Shown here in pieces: positions 50,501-63,867 of a stretch of 64,000 nucleotides of DNA. The notes under the pieces were generated by a model that did not search any database, had not been told where the DNA came from, and saw nothing but the letters and a program-made list of their open reading frames with translations. Source of the stretch: Anthoceros angustus (taxonomy: Eukaryota; Plantae; Anthocerotophyta); NCBI GenBank assembly GCA_010909165.1, contig MU008173.1, positions 806,001 to 870,000 on the forward strand. The letters run 5' to 3'. Position numbers and translations under genes: made by a program. Position 1 is the first letter of the stretch. Every line of letters starts with the position of its first letter.

Positions 50501-53035
50501 TATGAATACACCCTCATGAGAATCCAATAAAGTAGGTTTCAATCGGCACATTTCTTGTAAAGCAAACAAGTACCATAATTTGAGGTCTAGAGTAGTTAAG
50601 TTGAGTAACTAACCTCCAGCATGAAACAATGTGAAAGCGCAGTCATTGATGATGAATTTATTCCTTCACAGTTCATAAGAGACAACTCCACTAGCATGGG
50701 CATCCGGACACCCTGCTCACATGAGCACAAACAACGGCAGACTTAGCAGTAATGCACCGTCTCCTTGATTCATGAAAAAGGGCGGTCAAGCTATACACCA
50801 GAAATACTTACCTCCAATGAAATGTTGGGACAATATGAAGCATTAAGGATTTTCAGGTTCCCACATGCTGCTGAGATCTCACGAAGAGTGTCATCACTGA
50901 CAAATGCACATTTCGAAATATCAAGATGTGCAAGAAGCGGGCATGACGTAGCTGCCATCCGTAGACCGGCATCTGAAAGTTTATGACAGGCTGAGACATC
51001 CAACTTCACCAGCCGAGGGCAGTGCAGCTGTGCAGATGCTTGACTTGTGCGATCAAGGTCCAACTCAACTAGTTGTGGACACCTGAAGACGATGTTACCA
51101 ATCAGGTCACAACACTTCACAGTAGACTGCATAAAATGGACAAAGCACAACCCTGCTCCTCAGGTACCGCCATGAATATTACTCTTACCTGATAGCAATC
51201 CGTAATACTCTGCATTTCTTGACCACCAGATAAAGAAGGGAATCATGTCGCAGCTGAATTTCTTGAGCACCGCCACTTCCCAACACAGAATCATGTATTT
51301 CAAGTTTTTCAAGGACAGTACAGTCCATCCCTAAAGCATAGAAGAAGGCATCACTCAAGCAACCTCCTCCAAGCTGCAGCTCTGTGAGGCCCCTGTTCAT
51401 ATCCAGGGCATCGGAGTGAGCAACCGGATGCACAGAGCAACCTTGAGTGCATAACCTGCCGTCACAAAGGATATGTAGCCCGATTGGACTGGACCTGACC
51501 TCAATGAACGCAAAGCATCTCTGACGAGATCCTCGTCCACACACGGAGCACCGCTCAGATTCAAGGAAGTTGCTTTTGGGTATTTCCGACACAGACGAAC
51601 AACTGTCCGTTCCAACCAGAGAAGTACAGGATTAAAGCCTCTACAACATGGACAATACAAACTATCAAAGCTGTCACGAATTGACTGCAGCGAACCTTGC
51701 TCATGGCTCACTTGACGATGCGCAAAATTCAGGGTCTTCCAGAAGGCATCATGAGAACTTGCGGACCGCCACTGTCTACATACTATGGCAGCACGACAGA
51801 GGGTGACGTGGTCCAAGAAAGAGAAAACCTGCAAGGACGACAGAAAGCCTGAGAACAACCCATGGCAACCTCAATCCAGGAGTGGACGTAGCGCATAGCA
51901 TAGAATAATACACAGGTGAGGCACAGAGGCAGCGCTGCGGGGCTGATAGACCTAAGAAGGCAACCTTGAGGAGCAAGTCATCAGTCAAATCCATCCGAGC
52001 CTCGTCACTCTCGATGGCCGACCCATCATCACCATGACCATCGTCGCCATCGCCCGCGCTATCTGCATCCATAGGCTCATCCCCGTCGTCCCTGTCGGGT
52101 GACGCTGCTGGGCGCTGCGGACTGGGTGCCGCTTGACCCCATCCCTCAGGACATGAGCCGGAATCAGTAGAATGTGAAGACGAAGAGGGTGACGAGCTGC
52201 CGTGCGCGTGACGCCGCATCTTCCAACCGCTCTCAGGAAGAACTCCACCCTCCTGCGCATGCCATTTCCTGCAAAGTTGCAACGCAGAGAGAAAGCAGGC
52301 CATGAGATCTCTGACCACTACCACAAAGCTTGGCAGTCGAGCTGACTGCGTGCTCTTCCCGCTTGCTAAAAGCCAGCGCATCCGGCTACAATCTAGAGGC
52401 AAGACGGGGAGCGAACTGCGCACGGCTAGCGAGAATTTGAGCTGCAGAGGAAGCCGGGTGGTGCGACACGAGGCATGGCATGCAAAAGATAAAGCAAGAC
52501 AGGAAGCTAGACAAAAGAATTGAGTATGCGGCAGTCCAAGAAAAGTGCAGGAGGTAGAGGCGTCATACACAGGCACGGGTATGGAAATGCGCTTGGGACG
52601 CTTGTGGCTGATAATCTCACAAACATGTACAAACGAGCCATGGGACCTGGCCAGCAACAGGGGCGTCACCTCCGCCCCGTCGAGGTACGTAACAATTGCG
52701 CGGCCGCCCTCTTCCTGCGGTGAGAAAGAAGCAGGATAGTGGGGAGCTGTGACGTCGTCCCGGCCTGCGTCATTGCCCCTGCCGACTTCCTTCCAGAGCA
52801 TGGACAAGGGTGGCAAAGAAGCTCGAGGACGAGACAGGCGGGGAACATCCGGTGCCAAAAACCCCTCCTCTGCCAGGCCAGCCGTGAGAGGCGCATAACC
52901 TACTGCTGCCACGCCCCTGGCCAAGCCGCGTCTCGTTCTGCGAACTCTGCTCCGGCTCTCCATACCAGGACTAGGCGCGGGGCCAACGCAGCACCGCCCA
53001 TCATTCTCCCTCGCCGCATCGCTCCCAGTCATCAT
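47566..53035 (-). CDS. FBL15: F-box/LRR protein 15 (SLOMO-like); start tentative
   Basis: F-box MDLTDDLLLK|VFSFLDHVTLCRAAIVCRQWRSASSHDAFW then many Cys-containing LRRs (CHKLSDAGLR, DGGGCPSL, LDATYC, LDLSYTFL). Confidence 0.9.
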
Positions 53036-53729
53036 AGCTTCAGAACCTCCAGCACAGATCCGTGAGCACAAGAGGAGCTAGCGCAGATGGAGGAGCTACA
53101 TCGATTCACCCAACAATCTCTAAGGAAGGAGCCCAAAATCAGCATCAGCAGGAGAGATTGGTGCTGTCCAGGCACAGAAACCCGCCCGTGCACAGCCAGC
53201 CATGGCGGAATGCCACTCCTCCGAAAAAGAAAAAAGAAAGTGGAACGATTCGCGAATTCAGAAGCGTAAACACAAGCAAGCTAATGAAGTGCAGCACCCA
53301 TATAAAGTCACATCGTCTCACCCAACCCTAGCCTTTGCCTACCCTACCCTGCCCAAGTATGTACATAGGTACCTTGTATGTAGGTAGGATAATATGGGGA
53401 TTTTATGAATATATAGAGATGAGAAGTCCCATGTATATCAAGGCTATAAGGAACAACCCACTAGAGGTCCAGACCAAGGCGAGTAGCCACCAAGTACATG
53501 GTCGTATTAATAGTTAAATTTATGTTTTTCTATTAAGTTCAACTTTTATTAATTGGTCTCACATCGAAGAACTAGATAGAAAACTAAGTTTGTTACAGAC
53601 ACGGGAAGAAATTTATGTTACATTGTTTTAAAGGTTCAATAATAAAGATATAAATAACTATTTAATATGCATCTTATAGTGAAGTTAATAAAGTCGGATG
53701 ATATATTATGGTTTAAAGATGAATCCTAT

Positions 53730-54240
53730 GTAGATGGTTATTGTACTGCTTTTTGTTCCTTCACTCTTCTCATTTCGTGAACTCATCCATGTTCTGTGGT
53801 CGACGTTATAGCTACATAAGGTAAAGGAGTTTGTTATTGTACCGTTTCATATTCGTGGACTCTGACATTTTCGTAGATTTTCTCTCTAGAACAAGCGTTT
53901 CATAATTTGTTATTGACAATAATTCCGTGTTTGTGGACAATTAAATTTATACATATTCATTGACTCTTACAGATATATTTTTGGTTATCCCTTGAGACCA
54001 TTGAGGAGTTTATTATTGTACATTTTGTGTTCGTGGAGGAACTCGCCCATATTCATGGACCCTTACATGTTCGTGGATTTCCTCTCTGGAACAACTATTT
54101 TCGAGTTTGTTATCGTACCATTATGTGTTCAAGGACTCTTACATGCTCGTGCATTCTGGTTCCATGACCTATACTGTGAAGATTGTTATTGTACCATTCT
54201 GTGTTTCTGGACTCTTACATGCTCCTAGATTTTCCCTAAG
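53730..54240. repeat. Degenerate tandem repeat array (~70-80-bp period), probably TE-derived
   Basis: Recurrent TTGTTATTGTACC...GTGTTCGTGGACTCTTACAT core. Confidence 0.6.
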
Positions 54241-56099
54241 GACACATGCTGCAGAGAAATCGCGCTTTCCTATTGCACAGTACTGTGCGTCAACAGCTAT
54301 GCATGTAGAACAAGAGAACTTTTTCACACCCACTTTTCTCTTTCATAGTAGTGTACGCTAGGGATCATTGTACTCGAAAGGAGACAGGACACCAAATAGG
54401 TCGTAAGCAACATGAGAATATGTTTGCGGGATGGCAAAATCGAGTGCAAGCATATAGGTTTATGTCTTTTTATGCCCTTTTTTGAATCTACCCTTACTCA
54501 AGGGCATGCGAGGCTCCCTAGTGTGAGCTCAAGATTGCGAGAGTTAGCTCTTCCTAATGGTACTGGTCATGGTGCACAAGTATTATGCCTCCTATCATAT
54601 ATACAAGTTCCATATATCAATGCATGGATTGCCAGTATTTCAATGAACTTTTGACTTCCACTAACCTCTCGGTAAGGATTTTCAATAGGGCTCGGAAGGG
54701 TTCTTTGGGGTAAAGTGAGTTATACCAAAGATACATGAGTGATACAAAAAGCCTATAAGGACAACTTCAACTTCAAGATTGGTTCCAAAATTTTTAAGTG
54801 ATGTGTGATGTGCTCTAATAATTTTGGAACACACATAATTCTTGCTAGAGTGTGTAAGTATATGGTAGAGAATGTTTCTAGCTGATTGGACTTGCAAGGG
54901 CAATTCTTAGCAATTGGTGCATCCTCCACAAACCCCATTGTAAGTAGGCCTTTCAATCCCGCGAGTGGGGGAAAAGCCTCCCACTCCGGCAACCTTGTTG
55001 CCTCCACTTCCTCAATCCTGGGTCCTGGGGTGCTCGTGGAGGTCTGTCCTCCCATGGTCCTCCTCAATGCAAAGGGTAGGGGCCTCTCTAAGCTCGGCTG
55101 GAGGTGAATGACTTCAAAAGGATGCCACGCATCCTCAAGCTCTTTGCTGGTCAAGAGCCCCTCCGTCTCCGTAATGATATTTGTAGGAGCTATAGGCGAC
55201 TTTAGATTCAAAGCCTAGCTACTCCCTCTTATTGGGAACCTTGGGTTCGAGGCTGTGTTGGCCTTTCGAAGATAGATGGGCTTTTTCTCTCTCAATACAG
55301 CCCTTTACTTGCTGAACCTCCTCACAATATTAGAAAGATATATACTTATTCAATTTTTTATTTAATTAAAAACTTATTTATGAATAAGAGAGAACCCTAT
55401 GCGATAAGGTGTGAATAAGATGGAGATCCTATAGGCATAGCTACATTCAAACAGCATCAGATTTAAATAGAGGCAATGACCGGAATAGCGTAATATTAAA
55501 AGCTCAATTCATGCATGGCCTAAATTTGAGACACAGCCTGCACCTTCACACGGGATGTGACTAAATAGACGTTTGAACAAGAAGACAGAAGAGCGTTCCG
55601 TCTGAGCTCCAGCCCAGGCGCGGGCGTGAAACTGTCTTGTTGTGTGGGCGGCGGGTCGTGCGGCGCGCTGGGCACGAGGCAACCATGTCGTCATGCTCGT
55701 TTTCTCCACACAAATCTCCTCTTCACCGAACCGCGATGCCGATGCCCTCCACCTCAAAATGAAGGACAGGAGCAGAGTCACCTACGTGCCGCCTTGGCCA
55801 CTGTCGGATGACAGCCATCCCACGGCTGAAAGCCGCGCAATGTGACGACAAGCTTGTACTTTTGGACATGCCGCATCACCGCGGCCATGCCACTGGCAGG
55901 TCTGCTTCTGTGGACGGGGTCACAGGTTAACCAGGCTTGTGTGGGCGGCGTTCAACTTGTGTGGCAACGTTGTCTGACACTACAGTGGCACCCCAAGAGA
56001 CCCTGTGAATGCCGAAGCGGCGACTGGGAATTTTTTAGATAGGTAGTCCTACAAGTGGTTTTTGTACTCTCAGGACGAGTTTTCTGAAGGAGCACAAGG

Positions 56100-57705
56100 C
56101 TATCTCCTACGTGCAGCAACGCGTGGTTGGCCACCCTGACCCCCAGCAGCAGCAGCACCGTCTTGCGGGATGTTAGCCATCGCACTTAAAAGGTTCACAA
56201 GGATCATGGCCGCAGGGAACACGTACACCCACTGCAAAGGACGGATGCACACGTCAGTTTCACACCACATGCATTGCTGGTAGAGTGCAGTTTTCCACAC
56301 TTTGGGCGACTCGAATGAGGTGAGGGCCACACTTACGTATTTTTGCCAGAAAGTTTTCTCCACAGGGATCTGGACTTCGCCGTCTGGGCCTGGCTCGCCG
56401 ATTGGGCCAAGATCTTGGACTAGTGAGATCAATCTGAAGTAAAACACTCTAGTTAGGTTTCATCACTAGCCTTCGACAGCAAAGTCACCAATCTGAGAGG
56501 ACTTACCTTGTGGCTTGCTCCGTGCTCTTCACTGCAACATGAGCCTGACTGGACGATGGCCACTTCTTCGGCTGCACAGACATGGCTCAATGAATCACCC
56601 GTAGTTCACAGCCAGGCAGTGTGGAGCATGAATGCAAGACGCAGAAGCAGTTTGAAAAACCGGACAGTGAACAGTGGAGAGGAATTTACGTAGACTTCAG
56701 GACGAGGAAACGGGCAATCGCCTTTAGGTCCGTAGGAAACTCCTAGCACAGAACCTTGATCCTGGAGGCACCACAGGTGCAGTGTTAGACAACGAGAAAT
56801 GCTCCACTGCTTTTGAGCAGCACAAACTGTAACTAACAAAGCTCTGGAACTACTATGGATGCCCCACAATGTGCCTTGCAAACTGACCATGTGCAGCTCA
56901 AAGCGTTCTTGAAAATCACCAATAGACAAGCATCGCTGATCATCAGACAGGAGGGATTAGTTCCACAGAATCGATGCCCACCCTGGCAGGAAAGACGGAG
57001 AGGATGATGTCAAAGCAGATAGTTACAAAAGGCTGCAGCCACCTACCGCTTTCACAGATGTCTGTACATAACCATTTCCCAAGTAGATCACATTCGCCGG
57101 GACACGGACAGTATAGTAGCCATCTGTTTTTACCAGATTCTGCAACCGAAGAAGTCATAGAGCCAGAGATGGATGTGTAAGACGAAACGGCATCCCACCA
57201 TCAGACACTCAGGAGGACAACTTTGCGGGCTCACCTCAAACTGCTTCTGCTCTTCCTCCGAGAAAGAGTTTCTGACCATGCGGAACTTGGAAAGTTTCTG
57301 CATGGAGACCACAACAAGTTCATTCACAGCCCGTCCAAAAGTGTTCGCTGCACTGATTGTTCGAAGACAAAGGCCTCGCCTCAATACCTGCCCACCCTGA
57401 GATGTTGATCGCAGCCAGGCTGAAAACACTCCAGCCGGCGTAAAGCGTGAATCTCCGAAGGCATGCTCGAGAGGAAACTCAATCTTCCTGTCGGCCGCTG
57501 CTGCATCACCAGGCGAGCTTCCTGTGGACTTGGATACCTCTCCCGGAGATGCCACGCTCTGTCTCAGCACAGGAGCAGGTCTCTCGCTAGAAACCTGTGG
57601 CTGAGTCCATTCATCCTCCTCTTCTGCAAGCTCATCGGACTGAAACCCAGTTGCAGCAGCGGACAGAGCAAGCAGCAACAGGCAGGCACTCAGGAGAGTC
57701 CTCAT
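56100..57705 (-). CDS. EMC10: ER membrane protein complex subunit 10
   Basis: Signal peptide MRTLLSACLLLLALSAAATG, FPLEHAFGDSRFTPAG, YTVRVP, EKTFWQKY|WVYVFP TM. Confidence 0.88.
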
Positions 57706-57987
57706 GGTGCGGTAGTCCCAAAACCCAAGGAAGCATTGGAAGATCGATCACCTCCTGGAGCAGTCGACGTGCACATACCCTAAACTATATATGTATCGAT
57801 GAGCAAAGCCGGTTTGGTGGAGGATCCGGGTGGACGGAGATACCTTTCTAGCGTTGCATATGGATATTGCAACTTGATTGAGGACCGCACAGTTTATACT
57901 TAATACAGAGGCCAAGACGGTATAGTACAGCGGGAGAAGTGGATGTGGTTCTTGCGTGTGGAGGTTTGAGGTCCAGTAGCTGTAAAC

Positions 57988-60186
57988 ATGGCGGATCCGG
58001 AGAAGGAGGAAATTGAAGAAGAAGTGGAAGCCATGGAAGCTATGTATGGAGTCAACTGCAAAGTCGTGCAGAGATGGCCTCATCAGCTGAAAATCTTGCT
58101 GACCCCCAACACTGCGGATGATACTTCTGTTCAGGTCTGATTTCTGTTTGCTTGCTGCAACCGGTATGTTGCAGAAGTAGCTGGTTGGGCCACCAACTCA
58201 GAGAGTGCTGTTTTTTTTTTTCTGTGTGCAGTTTGTTCAAGTTGTGCTTGTGCTCACAGCGGGTGAGCAGGTAGACCACTAAGGAGTTAGTCTCTCCTCA
58301 CAGCTGAGTTATTGCAGTCGGTTAGAGTTATATCTCGAGTTCCTCATCGGTGGGAAGCGGACTTACCCTGCTTTTGATGCAGTATCCCAAAATGCCACCA
58401 GAAATAGAACTGGAAGATGCTAAAGGATTGGATGATAAAAGGCAGGTAGAGTTGCTGTCCACTTTGAGAACACAGGCGGCTGAGCTATTCCATGGGCCTA
58501 TGCTGGTCTCTCTTTGTGAGGTAGACTCTCCTGAGCTCCGACGTTGTAGTTGATTGGGTGATGAAGGATTAGTCTGTGTCATACATGTTCTGATTGACCT
58601 TACGTGTCTGGGTTTTAGTTGTGACGAAGGACCTGTCTGTGTCATGCGCGTTCTGCTTCCCTTGCACTGTATTTTCTTACGTTCATTTGCTGATGAAGGA
58701 TGAGTTTGCATGATACAATTTCCACTTGTCCTTGCACTGTATCTGTTCACGTTTGCACGCTTTTTGTTTCTTGTCTGAGATCTCCTCCTGGCTGGAGATT
58801 CTGCAGAGTGCAGCCGGACCCGGCACACCTTTTTTTCATTGAGAGCTGTTGGCTGTGGTACAGCGTTTTAATTATGAGGTTTTGGTTCTATCTCCTGAGA
58901 ATGTCTGTGCAAACCATTAGGTCCCGAGTACCTCACCGGTGCTGGTGGTGGTGAAGGGCTTGAGGGTTATAACTTGCGGCAAAACCCAAATGGATGGATA
59001 CTGCAGAATGCATAACAGAAAATCTAACGCTTTAAATATGCTTTGAGCAGGCTGCAAAAGATGTCCTTACGGGCATGAACTTTCCTGACGGCGACTGTTG
59101 CTTCTGTCGCTATCCCTTTGTGTTGGAAGCGCACAAACCATTTTTTAAGCTGAACACCTGTTTCCATTGCTTTCATAGGTTGAATTTTTGTCTTTTGCAG
59201 TTTAGAATCGTATGATGCTAACTTTCTTTTGCCTAACAGTCTTATATCTTTACAAAATTGGATTTGTAGTGAATGCCTTGCAAGGTGGTTTCACTATACG
59301 AATCAAGGCGGAAAGTCAACTGCCGATATATCACAGACACCATCACTTGCAGCGAACTCCTTGAGCAGCCAAGGGTATTGATGGTCATGTTGATTGTGTT
59401 TCTAGATCAACTTGCAAGTAGCAAGGGTCCTGTCTGCGAGGTTTTTGTGAGGTTTTTTTATATCATTTGCCCTTTCTGATCCTGTAGTTCGGTGGGGCAG
59501 AGTGCAGAAACTTCAACCCTTCCTTTGTCCAATATGCCGCAGTCCCTTAAATGTGGGTGACATCGCACTCGTGATGGAGTTTCCACTTGCAGAAGAGGTT
59601 TTGGATCTCCTTAAACCATAATCGAGGGTTTTGATTTCCGCGTCTAGAATTAAATTCCTTAGTCATTGTGTTCCTTAATCATTGTAGTTGTAGTTTCTTA
59701 GATGGCTAGTTGAGGTGCTTTCGCTCTTTAGGAGCTAAAGCATCTAGGACGCTGGATTCCATACTCCTCTTATGCTATGGCAGGTATTTTTAGTGAATGG
59801 CTGCCAATCATGTGATCACGGTGATGCAGGAAGCTGATGTTCATGTAGATACTGAATTGTTTATCTCTGAGGAGGAACTCCATCGGAAAGCTCAGTTTGC
59901 CGCGCAATTTGAAACGCAGAGAGCTCGTGGAGGTATTATTGAGTCGGAACATGAGCTAAGGGACAGGGTGGTTCGGAACCTTGTCCAAGCAAGTTTGTTG
60001 GATGATTCTTCCACAAGTGGAACAGTAGATACTCAGGAGCAACAGACTGCAGTGAGCGAAGCTTTGGTCCCACAAGCTGATCCATCTGCCCAGCAGGCCA
60101 ACTTAAGGACCATCAGGGGTCGTAGGCCCGCAAGGCTGAGGCAGCATGGCCAAGGGGGAAGCAATTGGCAGAAGCGGGCTCCATAG
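57988..60186 (+). CDS. RNF25: RWD-domain RING-H2 E3 ubiquitin ligase, RNF25-like
   Basis: EEVEAMEAMYG, YPKMPPEI (RWD), DGDCCFC...CFHCFHS|ECLARW...CPICR RING. Confidence 0.88.
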
Positions 60187-60824
60187 TAGTTTGCATCATG
60201 TTGTCGGTCTGGAATCGTACCAAGACAAAGGATCTCAATCTGTCCCCTGTAAATGCAATCGAGTGCGAAGGTACTGTTTTCCTTGTCTCGAATAGCTTAT
60301 TCCTTGTGGCAACTAAGGTTGGTGATGCATGTTTTTCGAATCCATACGACAGCCTTACGTAGGCTTATGTTGTGTGCAGGCTCAGGTCCGGTGGCATATG
60401 GATTCCTAGAAACAAGCCAGCAGTTCCGGCTGTGGGTGTCAATCGGGTAAGAAAGAATGCATGTAACTGGCGATTTATCATTCTGGCCATCTGGCCTCCC
60501 TACAAGGCAGGCTGATGAAACCTTTCTGCCCAATGCAATGTCCTCATTTCTGATGAATGTTAATGGATGTCAGGCTTGGAGTTGATTCTGAAGAGAGCAG
60601 TTCTGTTATTTGGTACACGTTGTCGACAGCTTGTCATCGCAGTGGGTAGTCAAGACATACATAGCTCCACGATATCGACAGCCATGAACAGCTATTTCTG
60701 ACAACAAGTATACTACCTGGTCATGACTTGGCTTGGTTTTTAACACATTGCTTACACCCTCTCTTCCGTGCCCACATCCATAGACCGCAATTCTCGAGTC
60801 TCCCGAGCAGCATCAACTGCGAAC

Positions 60825-61068
60825 GAAGCCGGGCCTTGCGACACCAGGCATGGCATGCAAAAGATTGAGCAAGACAAAAAAATTGTGTATGCTGCAGTCC
60901 AAGTAATGTGCAGGAGGTAGAGTTGTCATGAACGGGCACGGGTGTGGAAATGCGCTTGGGACGCTGTGGCGGACAATCTCAAAAACATGTACAAACCTTG
61001 TGAGCTGGGCAATGACAGGGGCGTCACCTCCGCCCCGTGAGGTACATAACAATCGAGCGCCCGCCCTC
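60825..61068 (-). repeat. Degenerate ~245-bp copy of the FBL15 5' region (52450-52711)
   Basis: Shared GGCATGGCATGCAAAAGAT, GTGCAGGAGGTAGAG, GGAAATGCGCTTGGGACGCT, CAGGGGCGTCACCTCCGCCCCGT in same order and orientation. Confidence 0.88.
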
Positions 61069-61320
61069 AGCCTGCAGGCGAGGTTCAATGTATTCCTCTG
61101 CAAATGATGGTTGCCTGCAACATTGCACGCCATTCACGTAGAGGGGGGCTTGGTTTCCTGTGGCAACAACCTTCCTGGAGCGGTGAAAGACAAATTGGTG
61201 GTATCACGGGTCTGCCAAGAAGAGGTCCTGTTGGCCTGAGAAGCCAGCTGGGGTGAATGTGCACATGGGTCGTGAGGCCTGCCGGCCTGTAGAAATGTTA
61301 GGGGTGTATCGGCTCACACC

Positions 61321-63118
61321 GTGATCGAACTGTGTCAGCAAGGGCAGGTCACCAAGGCTGTTGAGGCTCTGGGAGTTCTGGTGCAGATGAACTGGGGTGC
61401 TTCTCAATCTCTTCTCTTTGCTGTCCTCAAAGGTTGTGCAGCGAAGAAGGATCTCGTTATGGGTCGCTGGGTTCATGGTCTGATCGTTGAAAATGGACAT
61501 ACGTTCCTGTGCAACCACATTCTGCGAATGTATGCTTCTCATGGCAGGTTGCAAGAAGCGATGGATGTGTTCACCGTGGTCGCCGAGCCAAATCCCTTCA
61601 TGTGCTCTTCCATGATTTCTGCCCATGTTCAGCACGGACAAGCTAAGCACGCTGTAGAACTATATCACCAGATGCGCAGGTCGAGTGTGGAGCCCGTGGG
61701 GCATGTCTTCTTAGCAGCTGCTTCTTCTCAACTCCTTGGTGGACATGTATGCAATGTGTGACAGCTTGCAAGAAGCTCAAAGAGTGTCTGACGGGCTTCT
61801 TCGAAAGGATGTGGTAACCTGGAGTGCTATGATAGCAGGATATTCTCAGCAGGGCATGAGTCAAGAGGCTCTTCGCCTCTATGTTGCCGTGCTGGAAGAA
61901 GGCATCACTGGGCCCAATTTTGTTACATTCGTGTCCCTTCTGCAGGCGTGTGCAAGTCTCGGCAGCCCAGCTTTGGAGAGGGGGAAGCAGGTTCACGCAC
62001 AGATGTCATGTCCATGGGACTGTAGCTAACAGCTTGATAAACATATTTGCAAAGTGTGGATCCCTTGCAGATGCCAGGCCGTGTTTGAAGCACATGGTCA
62101 GAAAGATGTGGTGACATGGACTTCTCTTATTGCAGGGTATTCCCAGCAGGGCAGGGCCCTGGAAGCCCTTGAGCTTTACAGTAGGATGCAAGAAGAAGGC
62201 ATTGCCGCGCCCAATTCTGTGACTTTTGTGTGCCTCGTGCAGGCATGTGCTATGGTGGGTGCCCCGGCTTTGGAGAGGGGAAGCAGCTTCACGCACATAT
62301 TGGGGAACAAGGACTTGATGCTGATGTGGTTGTAATCAACGGTCTAGTAAACTTGTATGCGAAATGTGGCAGCCTGGAGGATGCTCAGCTGATTTTTTAT
62401 GCCCTCCGTCCAACAATGTCGTTACGTGGACCACTTTGATAGAAGCATATGCAAGGCAGGGGATGGGTCAGGAAGCCCTTCGTCTTTTCAGTGCTATGCA
62501 AGAAGAAGGCATAGCTGCACCTGATTCTGTGACGTTTGTGGGCCTTTTGCAGGCATGTGCAAATGTTGGTGCCGCGGCTTGATAAATATGTATGCCAAAT
62601 GTGGCAGCCTAGAGGACGCCCAGAGTGTGTTTGACGGACTCCGTGAAAAGGATATGGTGACATGGAATGCCTGATCGCAGGATATTCCCAGCAGAGCATG
62701 GGTGAGGAGGCCTTTCATACATACTGTACTATGCAAGACGAGGCCATCAGTGCACCCAATTCCGTGACATTTGTGTGCCTCCTGCAGGCACATGCACATT
62801 TGTTGGTACCAGCCTAGTAGACATGTATGCAAAGTGTGGCAACCTGCAAGAAGCTCACGCTTTGTTTCACAAGCTCGATCAGAAAAATCTGGTGACTTGA
62901 ACTGCTCTGACAGCAGGTTACTCCCAGCAGGGCATGGGTCAGGAAGCCCTTCGTCTTTATGGTGCTATGCAAGAAGAAGGCTTCACTGCACCCGATTGTG
63001 TCATGTTTGCAAGCCTCCTCCAGGCACGTGCAGATGTGGCAGCTCTGCGTCTAGGAAGGCAGCTTGATGCAGAGGTCAAAGAGCGAGGGCTTCAAGCTGA
63101 CGTGTTTGTGGCCACGTG
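61321..63118 (+). pseudogene. PLS-class PPR pseudogene
   Basis: Repeats DVVTWSAMIAGYSQQG..EALRLY..M.EEG..PN.VTFV.LLQACA / LVDMYAKCGSLEDA with many frameshifts and deletions. Confidence 0.88.
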
Positions 63119-63399
63119 ACCGAGCTGGCTGCGTCCGCCACGCTCGAGTTTGAAGTCGGTGGACACAGCCAGCTTGGCACGGTGACCGAGGCGGTGACCG
63201 GGAGTCCGTGATCGGGGCCGCGAAGGCCCGATCGACTGCCCAGCCTCCTCACGTGATACCATGAGCACGCTCACGGCACATCTGAAGAAAGCATCAACTG
63301 TGCTTCAACTGAGCTTCACCTGTGGCTCAATACACCATTATGATTTCATATACCAAGAAATTGGAAAAGTTATTTTCTAGATTGGTTCATTGGCAAGCA

Positions 63400-63867
63400 A
63401 GGATGGAATTAGAGCAAGGTTCAGGCAGCTCAGTTTCCCCATATGGTTCACACATTAAGTTAGCTTGCACAGCCTAATAGAGCAGATAACCCTGTTGCAG
63501 ACTGGTGCCGTCATGATATTCATACAAGGCATATGTGATGCTAACAAAAAGTTTATTGATATTTGTTGCACTCATCTTGGTGGTGTTCATGATGTTCAAA
63601 TCCTTAAGGAAAGGAACTTATGGGGGGGGCAGATGTAATTATGACAGAACCCGTTCTGCAAATCGCGGATGTTGAAGTAACTCTTTATATTTTAGGTGAT
63701 AGTGCATACCCATTGATGCCTTTTCTTATGAAACCGTTTCATGCGGAGGACCATATTGAAAAAGTCATTAACCGTTCTTTGCGAAGAGGCAGAGCGAAGG
63801 TGGAGAATGCTTTTGCACTGTTGCAGATTAAACGATATAGTCTGAAAAATCTTAATGTTCGTCTAAA
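63400..63867 (+). mobile_element. Harbinger transposase fragment
   Basis: IQGICDANKKFIDIC...GGVHD, ILGDSAYPLMPFLMKPF, RAKVENAFALL. Confidence 0.85.

Noticed and set aside
54340-55211. Possible CACTA end (TAGTAGTG) and a 152-aa TE-like ORF
   Set aside because: No matching opposite TIR and no diagnostic protein motif
58558-58700. C/D-box snoRNA-like TGATGA/CTGA pattern in RNF25 intron
   Set aside because: Explained by three degenerate ~62-68-bp repeats; no terminal stem or recognisable rRNA guide
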